Source: a virus
Length of the DNA: 64,000 nucleotides
Virus record (IMG/VR): IMGVR_UViG_3300035698_012962
Location: 32,001-96,000 of that record
Direction: 5' to 3' (one strand)
Under the pieces are notes generated by a model. That model searched no databases, was not told the DNA's origin, and was given only the letters and a program-made list of their open reading frames with translations. Position 1 is the first letter of the stretch. Each line of letters starts with the position of its first letter. The position numbers and the translations under genes are program-made. Shown in pieces: positions 1 through 8,870 of this stretch.

Positions 1-1
1 T

Positions 2-661
2 TGTATTAGATATATTATTGATGTAGTTTTTTAATACCGATTTTTGGTCTGTATTTAGTGTATTGTACTTTTTATTAAAGTTTTCCACTAAAATTTTATA
101 AGTAAGTAAACGTAAATCTTTTTCTTGTTCCTTATATTCTTTGAACATTATCTCATTTAACTTCTCTCCTTTATTTTGAATGGATGATGACATTACGTGT
201 TCTACGATGGTATACTTCGAATTAAATATATCTTTGATATCATATCCAGATTCATGCTTAGCTTCAAACAATTTATATACAGATGCTAGTTCTTTATAGT
301 TAGTTATATTAGATGAAAAGAATTTATCCGTATCGAATGATTCTTTTATTTTTTTAACCAACTCATACTTTTCTCTAGTAACTTTCTTTAAATCTACTTT
401 ACGTAAATGTTCTTCGGTTACAAGATCAATAAACTTTTCAGCTCTGTTTTCAGAATTATACTTTTCATTCATCAATAGATGGTATAATTTAAGTTCCTTA
501 GCCAATTCAGTTTTTGACCCAAAATGCTCTTGTAGAATAGATTGGGCGTTTTGGTCTTTATTATTAAGAATCTCTAATGTTATTTGTCGTACTAATAATT
601 CAAATAAAATCCCAGTATTTTTGTACTTACTATGTTTTATTTGTGATTTACGGTTTTTCAT
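2..661 (-). CDS. Conserved head-module hypothetical protein downstream of portal (3' truncated by window edge)
   Basis: Not in ORF track. ATG at 661 reads MKNRKSQIKHSKYKNTGILFELLVRQITLEIL... and appears to stay open to the edge; TATTTATA motif upstream at 703-710. Confidence 0.8.
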   Translation of the reverse strand, partial: MKNRKSQIKHSKYKNTGILFELLVRQITLEILNNKDQNAQSILQEHFGSKTELAKELKLYHLLMNEKYNSENRAEKFIDLVTEEHLRKVDLKKVTREKYELVKKIKESFDTDKFFSSNITNYKELASVYKLFEAKHESGYDIKDIFNSKYTIVEHVMSSSIQNKGEKLNEIMFKEYKEQEKDLRLLTYKILVENFNKKYNTLNTDQKSVLKNYINNISNT

Positions 662-702
662 ATTGTTGTTTATTAAATGTAAATAAAGAATATCCTATAC
701 AG

Positions 703-710
703 TATAAATA
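703..710 (-). promoter_or_regulatory. Putative late promoter motif TATTTATA (coding strand)
   Basis: TAYTTATA recurs shortly upstream of starts at 703, 5056, 11084, 17484, 25346, 30526, 33665, 44682, 46976 and 53038. Confidence 0.65.
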
Positions 711-741
711 TAAGATAAAATTAGTTTTCATATTATTTTCT

Positions 742-3570
742 TTAAGTTATAATATCTTTGCTCTTTTTCTTCATATTTTTAGCCACTCTCAATGAAGAAA
801 GTTTATCCTTTTTACTGTAACCCTCTGTTTCTCTGTTTCTTGGTTTTTCATTTTCTTTATTTCCTAATGGATCTCTTCCATATGCGTGATCATCTCTACC
901 ATAATTTCCACCTTCTTTTGGTCTACCCCCTTTATTGGAAAATTCACTTTTTATATTTTCCAATTCACCTTCAACATCAACGGGGTCGGGTTGTTCAGCT
1001 GGGTCTTCACCTAATGTAGAAATTTGCTCATGTCTAAATTGATCTTTTAAATCTTGGATAATTTTAACTTTTTGTTTATCTTTCTCTTCTTCAGATAGAT
1101 TAAACACTTTTTCATAAATATAATCAGTTGAAAACATCTTCAGTCGTTTCATATCATCTGCCAGTCTTACTTTTTCAGACCATAAATTTATTTTCTCTTG
1201 TTCATAAATGGTAGATGGGTTTGTCAATTTCAATTCAAAATTAGTAATATCTCTCTCTGGTACACCTATTGAATATAAATGTAGAATAGCGATCTTAGTT
1301 AATTCAGATACAACGATTCTCTGAATTCTTTCAATAGTTCTTGCAAATCGAACATCTTCTGCGGCGATCGTAGCTTTACCCGAGTTATGTATAATAACAC
1401 CAGCATCTGTACCAAAGTTATGATATTTTGCTATACGAACATCACACGTATCAATACGTTCATTTAATATCTCAACCGATTTAACCTTATGATTTTTAAA
1501 ATTATTTATAAAACCTTTATTATTCTGTGATAAAGGCATATGTTCCATTATAAAATCAAGTTTATCTATTTTATGAAAATTAAAAATTCTATTTAAAGTA
1601 TTTCTATCTACATTTAATTTATTTTCAAGTTCCTTAAATGATTTTGAAAGTGTCGCATATTTTACAATAGTTCCTAATTCAAATTTGTCATATTTTGTAT
1701 TATATAATTCTAAATCTTCATCAGTATAACAACAATTATTACTACAATATAATTGATCACTACTACTTGTTATATAAATTTCATTATCACAATTGACATT
1801 TTTACATTTTATATATTCACCAGTTCTGGTTCCTTTGTTCCATGGACCATTAGTTTGTACCCATTCTCCTAATTTTTTAGATGATTTTATTCCTCCAATT
1901 CTACCGTTTTTTGATTGGTTTTCTAAAAACGTATCACTGTTTCTATACAGTTCCATTGCTAACGAATTATTTCCTTCTCTAGCCAATTGAATATGATAAT
2001 TTCTATGTTCATTCCAATCCATAGAACAATCAAAATTATCAGGATTATTATTCCATTTATTTAAATCAATGTGGTGTATGACTTTTCCCTTCTTCCGTTT
2101 ATTAAAATATTCTGCGACAAGTTGATGAACTAGTTTATATTTATTATCAGATGGATTATAAACAGTAGTATAATCTTTAATAAATTTATTGTCACTTCTA
2201 TCTAAATATAGTGGCATAAGAGAATCATCTTTTTTTAGTTCTATTGCGTCTACCCATTCACCATCTCTCTTTAAAAACTTATGATCAGGTGTACAAGTTA
2301 TAAACTTATCATTATCTAACCATACTTTAACAACTTTAGCATCTTTTCTTGTCATACCTGCCCATTCTAATTTACCAGGTACAATATTATTTGTTTCTTC
2401 ATCCAATGAATAAACATAATGTTGAATTCCATTTTCAAAATCTTCTATAATCTCTTCTGCTGTTTTAGTTTCACCAGACAGTAAAGGAATTTTTGTGTCA
2501 GGTGATATACATACGTCTTCCTCGTATCCTAAATACGCTTTTGGAATTTTCAATGCAGCAAATAACTTAGCTTTAAGATAATCAATATCCTCAATCGCGT
2601 TATATTCTAAACCTGGTAATGAATCAATCTTAGTTCCACTATCAGATCCCCTAACTGGAAGAAAGAAATCTTCAGTTAGATTTTGCATATTATATTTTAA
2701 GTTGTAATCTCCAGATTTTTTATCTAAAAATGGAATTTTCTTCATCTTATTAATAATCTTCTGCATGTAATTATCAATCTCATTTGGATTGACATTACCG
2801 ATATCAATAGAAAAGATTCTCTTCTCTGGAGCTCTCATTATTCTATGGATTAACATAGCATCTTCCATTAATGTTAATTGTTTCCACAATCTTCTTGCGT
2901 TTTCAATCATTGCTTTACCATAAGGAAGGAAGTTAGTATCTGAAAGTAAACGAAAATGAGCCATTTCGTAATTTTCATATTCACTCTTTATTGTATTCTC
3001 TACTTTAAATTTAACATAGTTCGGATTTTCAGGATCAGTATCCTCTAATCGTTCTACATTATAAACAGAAAGTGGTTGTACATTTACAACTCCGGCGCCT
3101 TCTGCCATTTCTAATGAAAGATAAAAATCACCATACTTTGATAAATTGCGAACCCAAGGCCAAATGTTGAATTCAATATTTAATATGTCATAAAATAGAT
3201 TCTCTAAATTTTCCCGTATTGTTTGATTTGGGGATTTGATTGTTAATACGTCACCAAATTCAGATTGTAATGTAGATTCATCTGCATATATATCTAATGC
3301 AGAACTGATAATAGCATCCATATCCATACTATCATAATCTCTAAATAATTCTCTACGTATTTGTTGATATGCTAATGAATTATTTTGCCCCAGTTGATCA
3401 TAGAATGATTTTTGTAATCTTGAATATCTATCAGTAGATGAACGTAAATTTGTAATTTGCCGTTTATCCAAATCAGTTACATTACGTTTACCATCCGCAT
3501 CAACTGTTATAATCGTTTGTGTTGAAAATAATTTCTTTAACCTATCAAAAAATGATTTGTTATCTGCCAT
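742..3570 (-). CDS. Portal protein (T4 gp20-like), interrupted by an intein
   Basis: Portal motifs MEDAMLIHRIMRAPEKRIFSIDIGN, EDFFLPVRG, GTKIDSLPG, AAEDVRFARTIERIQ; close to terminase. Confidence 0.93.
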   Translation of the reverse strand: MADNKSFFDRLKKLFSTQTIITVDADGKRNVTDLDKRQITNLRSSTDRYSRLQKSFYDQLGQNNSLAYQQIRRELFRDYDSMDMDAIISSALDIYADESTLQSEFGDVLTIKSPNQTIRENLENLFYDILNIEFNIWPWVRNLSKYGDFYLSLEMAEGAGVVNVQPLSVYNVERLEDTDPENPNYVKFKVENTIKSEYENYEMAHFRLLSDTNFLPYGKAMIENARRLWKQLTLMEDAMLIHRIMRAPEKRIFSIDIGNVNPNEIDNYMQKIINKMKKIPFLDKKSGDYNLKYNMQNLTEDFFLPVRGSDSGTKIDSLPGLEYNAIEDIDYLKAKLFAALKIPKAYLGYEEDVCISPDTKIPLLSGETKTAEEIIEDFENGIQHYVYSLDEETNNIVPGKLEWAGMTRKDAKVVKVWLDNDKFITCTPDHKFLKRDGEWVDAIELKKDDSLMPLYLDRSDNKFIKDYTTVYNPSDNKYKLVHQLVAEYFNKRKKGKVIHHIDLNKWNNNPDNFDCSMDWNEHRNYHIQLAREGNNSLAMELYRNSDTFLENQSKNGRIGGIKSSKKLGEWVQTNGPWNKGTRTGEYIKCKNVNCDNEIYITSSSDQLYCSNNCCYTDEDLELYNTKYDKFELGTIVKYATLSKSFKELENKLNVDRNTLNRIFNFHKIDKLDFIMEHMPLSQNNKGFINNFKNHKVKSVEILNERIDTCDVRIAKYHNFGTDAGVIIHNSGKATIAAEDVRFARTIERIQRIVVSELTKIAILHLYSIGVPERDITNFELKLTNPSTIYEQEKINLWSEKVRLADDMKRLKMFSTDYIYEKVFNLSEEEKDKQKVKIIQDLKDQFRHEQISTLGEDPAEQPDPVDVEGELENIKSEFSNKGGRPKEGGNYGRDDHAYGRDPLGNKENEKPRNRETEGYSKKDKLSSLRVAKNMKKKSKDIIT
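1384..2511 (-). mobile_element. Intein (376 aa) with HNH homing endonuclease
   Basis: Starts C1-ISPDTKIPLL; block B TCTPDHKF; HNH motif VIHHIDLNKWNNNPDN; ends YHNFGTDAGVIIHN followed by +1 Ser. Excision rejoins GYEEDV-SGKATIAAEDVRF. Confidence 0.93.
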
Positions 3571-3579
3571 AATTTATAA

Positions 3580-4107
3580 TTATATATTTTTTCTATTTTT
3601 CCAAAAATTGGTTGCATCCTTTGATTGAGGACTTGCAGGTTTGAACTTTTTCTTAAAGTATCGCTCTGCTAAATTATACATCTCCGTTGCTACTTTTTGT
3701 CGTCTATATGTTGGGTGAACTTGTACAGCTCCTTCTAATTCAGTATCACTAATTCCACTCCATTTGGCAATATCTAAATCACCTGCATATAATCCTGATG
3801 GAATATGGAAGGAAGTTACTGCTCCATAAAAATCATCATCTGACTTATTTCTATCTGTTAATATAAACTCAAAATCTTTTTTCTTAACTTTCTTTAATAC
3901 CTTTTCTTTTTTTAATTGAGTTCTGTAATATTCAGTAATTTTATCATGATCAATATTATCAAATTTACCAGTTTCAAATAAAATATCCATTAACTTAGGG
4001 CTTTCATTTGTTGGAAGAAACGCATTATGAAATGGATTAGAGTATACTCTTCCCAAATCGAATGTTTGATTTCCTATTTTAACTGTTTTAATATTAGGTG
4101 GTCTCAT
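3580..4107 (-). CDS. GNAT-fold acetyltransferase-like protein, possible internal head protein
   Basis: Acetyl-CoA motif A-like VQVHPTYRRQKVATEMY and C-terminal QSKDATNFW; leader contains KLMDILFE. Confidence 0.65.
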   Translation of the reverse strand: MRPPNIKTVKIGNQTFDLGRVYSNPFHNAFLPTNESPKLMDILFETGKFDNIDHDKITEYYRTQLKKEKVLKKVKKKDFEFILTDRNKSDDDFYGAVTSFHIPSGLYAGDLDIAKWSGISDTELEGAVQVHPTYRRQKVATEMYNLAERYFKKKFKPASPQSKDATNFWKNRKNI

Positions 4108-4497
4108 TTATATTAATTTACTTTGTAATTTATTTAGTTTATCTTGTTCCCGCTTTGTTTGTGTCAATACTTTGTTCATTTCAGTTCCGATTCGATCTGC
4201 AATCGGCCCACCCTCGATTTCAGCAGTTTGTTCCATTTCGAAATTCAAGTCGTGAAATTGGTTTTTTAAATCACTTATCTTTTCTTCAACATCAGCTATT
4301 TGTCCTAATAACTTATAATATTGTGATGGAGTTAATCTTCTTGTTTTCGTTTGTGGTGGATCGGTCTTCTTTTTCATTGATCTAGTAGTAGAATCTCTCC
4401 ACTTATTAGCTAATACTGGAGGTAATGGGGCGTAAGAAACTTCATTGATTTTTTTAATTTCTTCTCGTATAATTTGAATTAATTCTGATTTTTTCAT
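4108..4497 (-). CDS. Coiled-coil protein with capsid-targeting-like leader
   Basis: N-terminus MKKSELIQIIREEIKKINE; head-module context. Confidence 0.6.
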   Translation of the reverse strand: MKKSELIQIIREEIKKINEVSYAPLPPVLANKWRDSTTRSMKKKTDPPQTKTRRLTPSQYYKLLGQIADVEEKISDLKNQFHDLNFEMEQTAEIEGGPIADRIGTEMNKVLTQTKREQDKLNKLQSKLI

Positions 4498-5003
4498 AAT
4501 CCTAATTGTTTTAATTGTTTTATTGTATCAGATGCGGATTTATGTAAAATTCCAATTCCATCTTTTAATCTCCAATCTTTGATGTTTGATTCTCTATCAT
4601 CTATAAGAATTGATGTAGGTGTAGCCCATTTCTTTTTTTCAAATGAACGTGCTAAAATTAATGGAGTATTTGATAATTCACGTTTCACCCATATCTTTTT
4701 TCCTTCTGCTGATGTCTTTTCTTTTGAAGGCGAAGATAAAAGTGTAGGATTATATTTTTTAATATAGTTCCATAATTTTTTGCCATCTGGCATCCATTCC
4801 ATATTAGCCCACCAATCTTTCCCAGCATCTGAAATGGGTTTCCAAAAATCTGGCTTAGAAAGTTTATCAGTTGCAATATGGGATTTCGTACCTGTCAATT
4901 CATAATATGCTTTGTCAAAATCCGTGAGACATCCGTCCATGTCTTGATAAATATTATATTTAATATTTTTATTTTCACTAATCAAATCTCTTAATCTTAT
5001 CAT
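4494..5003 (-). CDS. HAD-family 5'(3')-deoxyribonucleotidase (NT5C-like)
   Basis: HAD motif I YQDMDGCLTDF, motif II LSS, motif IV ILIDDR; leader MIRLRDLISE. Confidence 0.8.
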   Translation of the reverse strand: MIRLRDLISENKNIKYNIYQDMDGCLTDFDKAYYELTGTKSHIATDKLSKPDFWKPISDAGKDWWANMEWMPDGKKLWNYIKKYNPTLLSSPSKEKTSAEGKKIWVKRELSNTPLILARSFEKKKWATPTSILIDDRESNIKDWRLKDGIGILHKSASDTIKQLKQLGL

Positions 5004-5055
5004 TTTTAAATATAATCTGTTTATTAAACCACATGAATGGTTTGATTTATATAAC

Positions 5056-5063
5056 TATAAGTA
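5056..5063 (-). promoter_or_regulatory. Putative late promoter TACTTATA
   Basis: Recurring motif, 52 nt upstream of ATG 5003. Confidence 0.6.
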
Positions 5064-5089
5064 TAGGTTTTGAATAAAAAAGAAATTAT

Positions 5090-6691
5090 TTAGAATAACC
5101 AACGTATATCTTCTTCATCATCTTCACCAACTCTCATTGTATATGGATTTTCTCTTACATCAGTTCCACCATAAATACCTGGGTTAAACTCTGTTGTCTG
5201 TGTAGTAATAGAATCTAATGATGATTTTATCAAATCCTGCCCTTCTTGTCGTAAACGAAGTGCCGTATCCCTTACCCATAAACCTATAGCTAATGGGATT
5301 ACTAAATCATCATTGTAACCTTTCATTGCCTCAGCGCGTGATGTTTTCCATATGAATGTGAATAATTCATCTATTGTTCTTCTAGATTGGATTATAACTG
5401 ATTTTTCTCTGAAATATGCATCCAGTTTTGATATGATAAGTGGTCTTGTTCTTGCAGTTGTAGAAAACCCTGCAACCATTTTTCTCTCTTCTCTGTAATA
5501 CTTATTATGTAATTGTCGTTGTGTATCTACATATTTTAGATCTTTGGACATATAGAAAAGATTTGGATAATCCCTATCTATAATTTGTTGTATGGTTGCC
5601 CAACCCACATTAGCATTTTCAACTACTAATAATGCATTATTATATTCTGTTGATATAGAAACTAAGAAATTACCGAAATCTTTCGTATTCATCATTCCTT
5701 TATATTCTGCAACTTGTGTAACTGTTTCTAAATCTATCACATGGAATGCGGAGTAATCTGCACCATCTCCCCTAGACACATCAGCTATTACCATATATGA
5801 TTTATTATAATCAGGATATTCCCATATCCACAAATTCCCATCTATACCACGTTTTTCTATTGGATCTTTTACATACGTATCCATATAAAATTGAAGAATT
5901 TGCGCATCAATTACTGATTGTCCAGATGAAATAAACGAACAATCACATTCTTGAGCCGCTTTTTTATGTCCAAGTAAATTATCTTGCTCATCTCTCCATT
6001 CTTGACCACGTTCAGGATGAAGTGTCCAATGTAATTTAATTGGATTGAACGGATTAGAACCCTCTTCTGCACCGACCCATAATTGATGAAATGTATTACC
6101 AACACCATTTGGTGTAGAAAGAATTATTGCTCCACCACCAGTTGATAATGTAGATTGTGCGGATGTCCAAATTTCTTCAGCGTGTTCTACGAATGCTGCT
6201 TCATCAATAATAAGAAGAGAAAGTGCCTCAGATCTACCTGCATCTGGAGAAGATGAAATAGCTTTAATATGAGAACCATTTGATAATTTAAGTGAAAGTT
6301 TGTTATCTTCTAAAGAACCTTCCTTTAACCACGATGGTAAGTTCTCATACATTAAACGTACCTTTGTAATCAAATTCTTTGCTACATCTTGTTTAATAGC
6401 GATTACCAAAATATTAAAATCTTCTTGAAATAATAATTTCCATAATGAATAAGCCGCAACAAGTGTGGAAATTCCCATCTGTCTTGCTTTCAATATAATA
6501 TTATATCTATTTTCTACTAATTGCTCAATGGTTGATTCCTGAAATGGGTATAGATGAAATCCTATCCTTCCCCTCGTAGGATGTTGAATCTTACAGTACT
6601 TCTTCATAAAGTGAATATAATCTGTGGCGCATAATTTATATTCACTAGCTATGATTTCTTTAAGGGATTTTGTGGATTTTGTGTTTTGCAT
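5090..6691 (-). CDS. terL: Terminase large subunit (T4 gp17-like)
   Basis: LYPFQ, Walker A KARQMGIST, Walker B LLIIDEAAF, STPNG, nuclease ADVSRGDGADYSA and NDDLV. ATG 6691 preferred over 6733, which overlaps the upstream gene. Confidence 0.95.
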   Translation of the reverse strand: MQNTKSTKSLKEIIASEYKLCATDYIHFMKKYCKIQHPTRGRIGFHLYPFQESTIEQLVENRYNIILKARQMGISTLVAAYSLWKLLFQEDFNILVIAIKQDVAKNLITKVRLMYENLPSWLKEGSLEDNKLSLKLSNGSHIKAISSSPDAGRSEALSLLIIDEAAFVEHAEEIWTSAQSTLSTGGGAIILSTPNGVGNTFHQLWVGAEEGSNPFNPIKLHWTLHPERGQEWRDEQDNLLGHKKAAQECDCSFISSGQSVIDAQILQFYMDTYVKDPIEKRGIDGNLWIWEYPDYNKSYMVIADVSRGDGADYSAFHVIDLETVTQVAEYKGMMNTKDFGNFLVSISTEYNNALLVVENANVGWATIQQIIDRDYPNLFYMSKDLKYVDTQRQLHNKYYREERKMVAGFSTTARTRPLIISKLDAYFREKSVIIQSRRTIDELFTFIWKTSRAEAMKGYNDDLVIPLAIGLWVRDTALRLRQEGQDLIKSSLDSITTQTTEFNPGIYGGTDVRENPYTMRVGEDDEEDIRWLF

Positions 6692-6692
6692 T

Positions 6693-7487
6693 TTATTTAA
6701 TTCGTAGTATATTGTATGTAACTCCCATACCAAATATAGCTATACTGTTTAATTCATAGTCCCAACCTACTCCAATAAAAGGTCCAAATACTAATCTAAC
6801 CTTATCCTTTGCAGGGCTTCTTGTAAAGAACGATGGATCTACTATAGCCGCATTTAAATTATTGAATCGTATATTTGGATATGAGGATTCTACATACGCT
6901 CTTAACATTCCATCATCTGTTTGTCTGAAACCTGTTGTAATGTTTATAGATAGAACATCTCTAGTGATACTTGTGTTTACATTCTTAACTTCTTCTAAAG
7001 ATACTATTTCAAATCTACTAACACCCTCTAACAATCTATTGCCCCAATGACCTTCTTCAGAATGTGACCAAGATAATTGAAAACGGCTGTCACCTAAAAA
7101 TTCACTTTCTGTATCTACATATATTGTATCCCTTTCCACTACTGTTTCTATAATAGTTACTGTGATAGGATCATTTTCCAATTGTTTTATTTTTTCTCCA
7201 AGTTCTTTATTAACTTCACTTAATCTTCTTTTATCTACTTGTAACGCTCCTTTTTCGCTCAATATAGCCCCATAATCAGTCCGTACGGTACGTAATGTAT
7301 CTGTTAATGCTATCTCATTACTTTGTGCTATGTGTTCCCTCTGCTCCAACTCAGCTATCTTATTATGTTGATAAAATAGACCAGCACCCATCAGTACGAT
7401 TCCGATAATACCAGCATATATCATATTTTGTTGTGTAAAAATTGTTTTTACAAAAGCAAAAAGCGATTCAATTCCTAATATTCCCAT
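6693..7487 (-). CDS. Membrane-anchored coiled-coil protein with C-terminal beta-strands (spanin-like candidate)
   Basis: N-terminal TM (IYAGIIGIVLMGAGLFY), coiled coil, C-terminal amphipathic strands FGPFIGVGWDY...FGMGVTYNIL. Confidence 0.5.
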   Translation of the reverse strand: MGILGIESLFAFVKTIFTQQNMIYAGIIGIVLMGAGLFYQHNKIAELEQREHIAQSNEIALTDTLRTVRTDYGAILSEKGALQVDKRRLSEVNKELGEKIKQLENDPITVTIIETVVERDTIYVDTESEFLGDSRFQLSWSHSEEGHWGNRLLEGVSRFEIVSLEEVKNVNTSITRDVLSINITTGFRQTDDGMLRAYVESSYPNIRFNNLNAAIVDPSFFTRSPAKDKVRLVFGPFIGVGWDYELNSIAIFGMGVTYNILRIK

Positions 7488-8186
7488 TTATATTCCCATT
7501 AATAATTCATTTACCAATTGATAGTTTTTATCTTTTAGTGTATGTATATAACTATTACGTTTTTCAATTATCTCATTTAATTTATCTTTCGTATTATCTA
7601 TATCTTTTTGGATGTCGATTTTTACATCATCTACAGATTTTTCAAGTTCCCATTTTGTAACCTTTCCATCCGCATCTACAAATTCCACAACTTCATCTAC
7701 TTCATCCATTGCTTGATTAAGATTATCCATAAACGATACACCATCTTTATATAATTGATGGAATAATTTTAATTTAGAGTAATCTTCCCAATCACCGTTA
7801 ATACGAATTTCAATTTCTAGTTCAGCTAAGCAATCAGTACAGTATCCAGCTTGTTTTATTAATTGTTGATCCGTATATCCATATTTTTTCTTTTTACAAT
7901 CACCTTTACAATTATATTCTAATGACTTACGCACGGATTGAAAAGTTTCTGTGTTTTTAGATTTCTTTATCTTATAACCTGATTTCTGTACCCATACATT
8001 TCCTTTATCATCTTCCCATTCATCACCCATTTCTCTATCTGTTGTTTTCTTTTCTTCTGGAGAGGATATAACTGTATTTTTATCATAACCTTTATTATTA
8101 AGAACCATATCTACAAGTTTACGGTTTTTTGGGTGCATATATTTCTTTTGAAACTTGTATTCTTTATTGTTTTTTTGTTCACTCAT
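7488..8186 (-). CDS. Hypothetical protein with Cys cluster
   Basis: 232-aa ORF tightly packed with neighbours; CKGDC...CTDC. Confidence 0.7.
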   Translation of the reverse strand: MSEQKNNKEYKFQKKYMHPKNRKLVDMVLNNKGYDKNTVISSPEEKKTTDREMGDEWEDDKGNVWVQKSGYKIKKSKNTETFQSVRKSLEYNCKGDCKKKKYGYTDQQLIKQAGYCTDCLAELEIEIRINGDWEDYSKLKLFHQLYKDGVSFMDNLNQAMDEVDEVVEFVDADGKVTKWELEKSVDDVKIDIQKDIDNTKDKLNEIIEKRNSYIHTLKDKNYQLVNELLMGI

Positions 8187-8201
8187 ATTGTATAACTTAT
8201 A

Positions 8202-8867
8202 TTATTCAAATTTTAATGTGCCATCTTCTTGGCGAATTGCTCTTACTTTATTATGATACTTATTTCCATTTCTGCCCATCCAGTGATACTTCTCCTTTGA
8301 TATATCAAGCGAATCGGCTTTTGGAAAATCAGTTTGTTGGTAACCTGATAACGATGGTATATTTAATTCTCTTTGTTTTCCTGGTACAGTCCATCTTGCA
8401 GAGTTATTACCACCTGATAACCCATCAATATCTGCACCCTCTTTTAACATAACATTAGAATAGAATTCTTCAGTTGAATGTACATTTATCGGAATGGTTG
8501 TTGAATCACCTACCTTTTTAACCATTATTTCTAAATTACCAATAGTTCCTTTAATATCATCTACTATATACTTATAACCTTTTTTTATTTTCCCAAAAGT
8601 ATTATTAGCCACAAATTTAAAACCTTTCTTCAATCTAAATGGTGAAAATTCTCCTAATACTACCTCTGTTATATTTTCATCTTTTTCATCTTTAGCCATT
8701 CTGAATGTAACTACCTTTCTTCCATTTATAGTGGGCATCCCATGTTCATCATTACTAATAGTTTTAACCACCGTTTTTTTATTTTTAAATCTTCCTGTTA
8801 AAATAGTATCACCTATTTTTACTGGGATTACTATATTCTCTGGTAATAAGTTTATTAATCGTATCAT
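8202..8867 (-). CDS. Hypothetical protein, possible internal head protein
   Basis: Leader MIRLINLLPE resembles MIRLRDLISE of 4494..5003; internal ITE and LKE sites. Confidence 0.6.
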   Translation of the reverse strand: MIRLINLLPENIVIPVKIGDTILTGRFKNKKTVVKTISNDEHGMPTINGRKVVTFRMAKDEKDENITEVVLGEFSPFRLKKGFKFVANNTFGKIKKGYKYIVDDIKGTIGNLEIMVKKVGDSTTIPINVHSTEEFYSNVMLKEGADIDGLSGGNNSARWTVPGKQRELNIPSLSGYQQTDFPKADSLDISKEKYHWMGRNGNKYHNKVRAIRQEDGTLKFE

Positions 8868-8870
8868 TTT

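Noticed and set aside
5090-6691. Intein or intron in terminase
   Set aside because: Length (~533 aa) and motif spacing are normal, with no splicing motifs.
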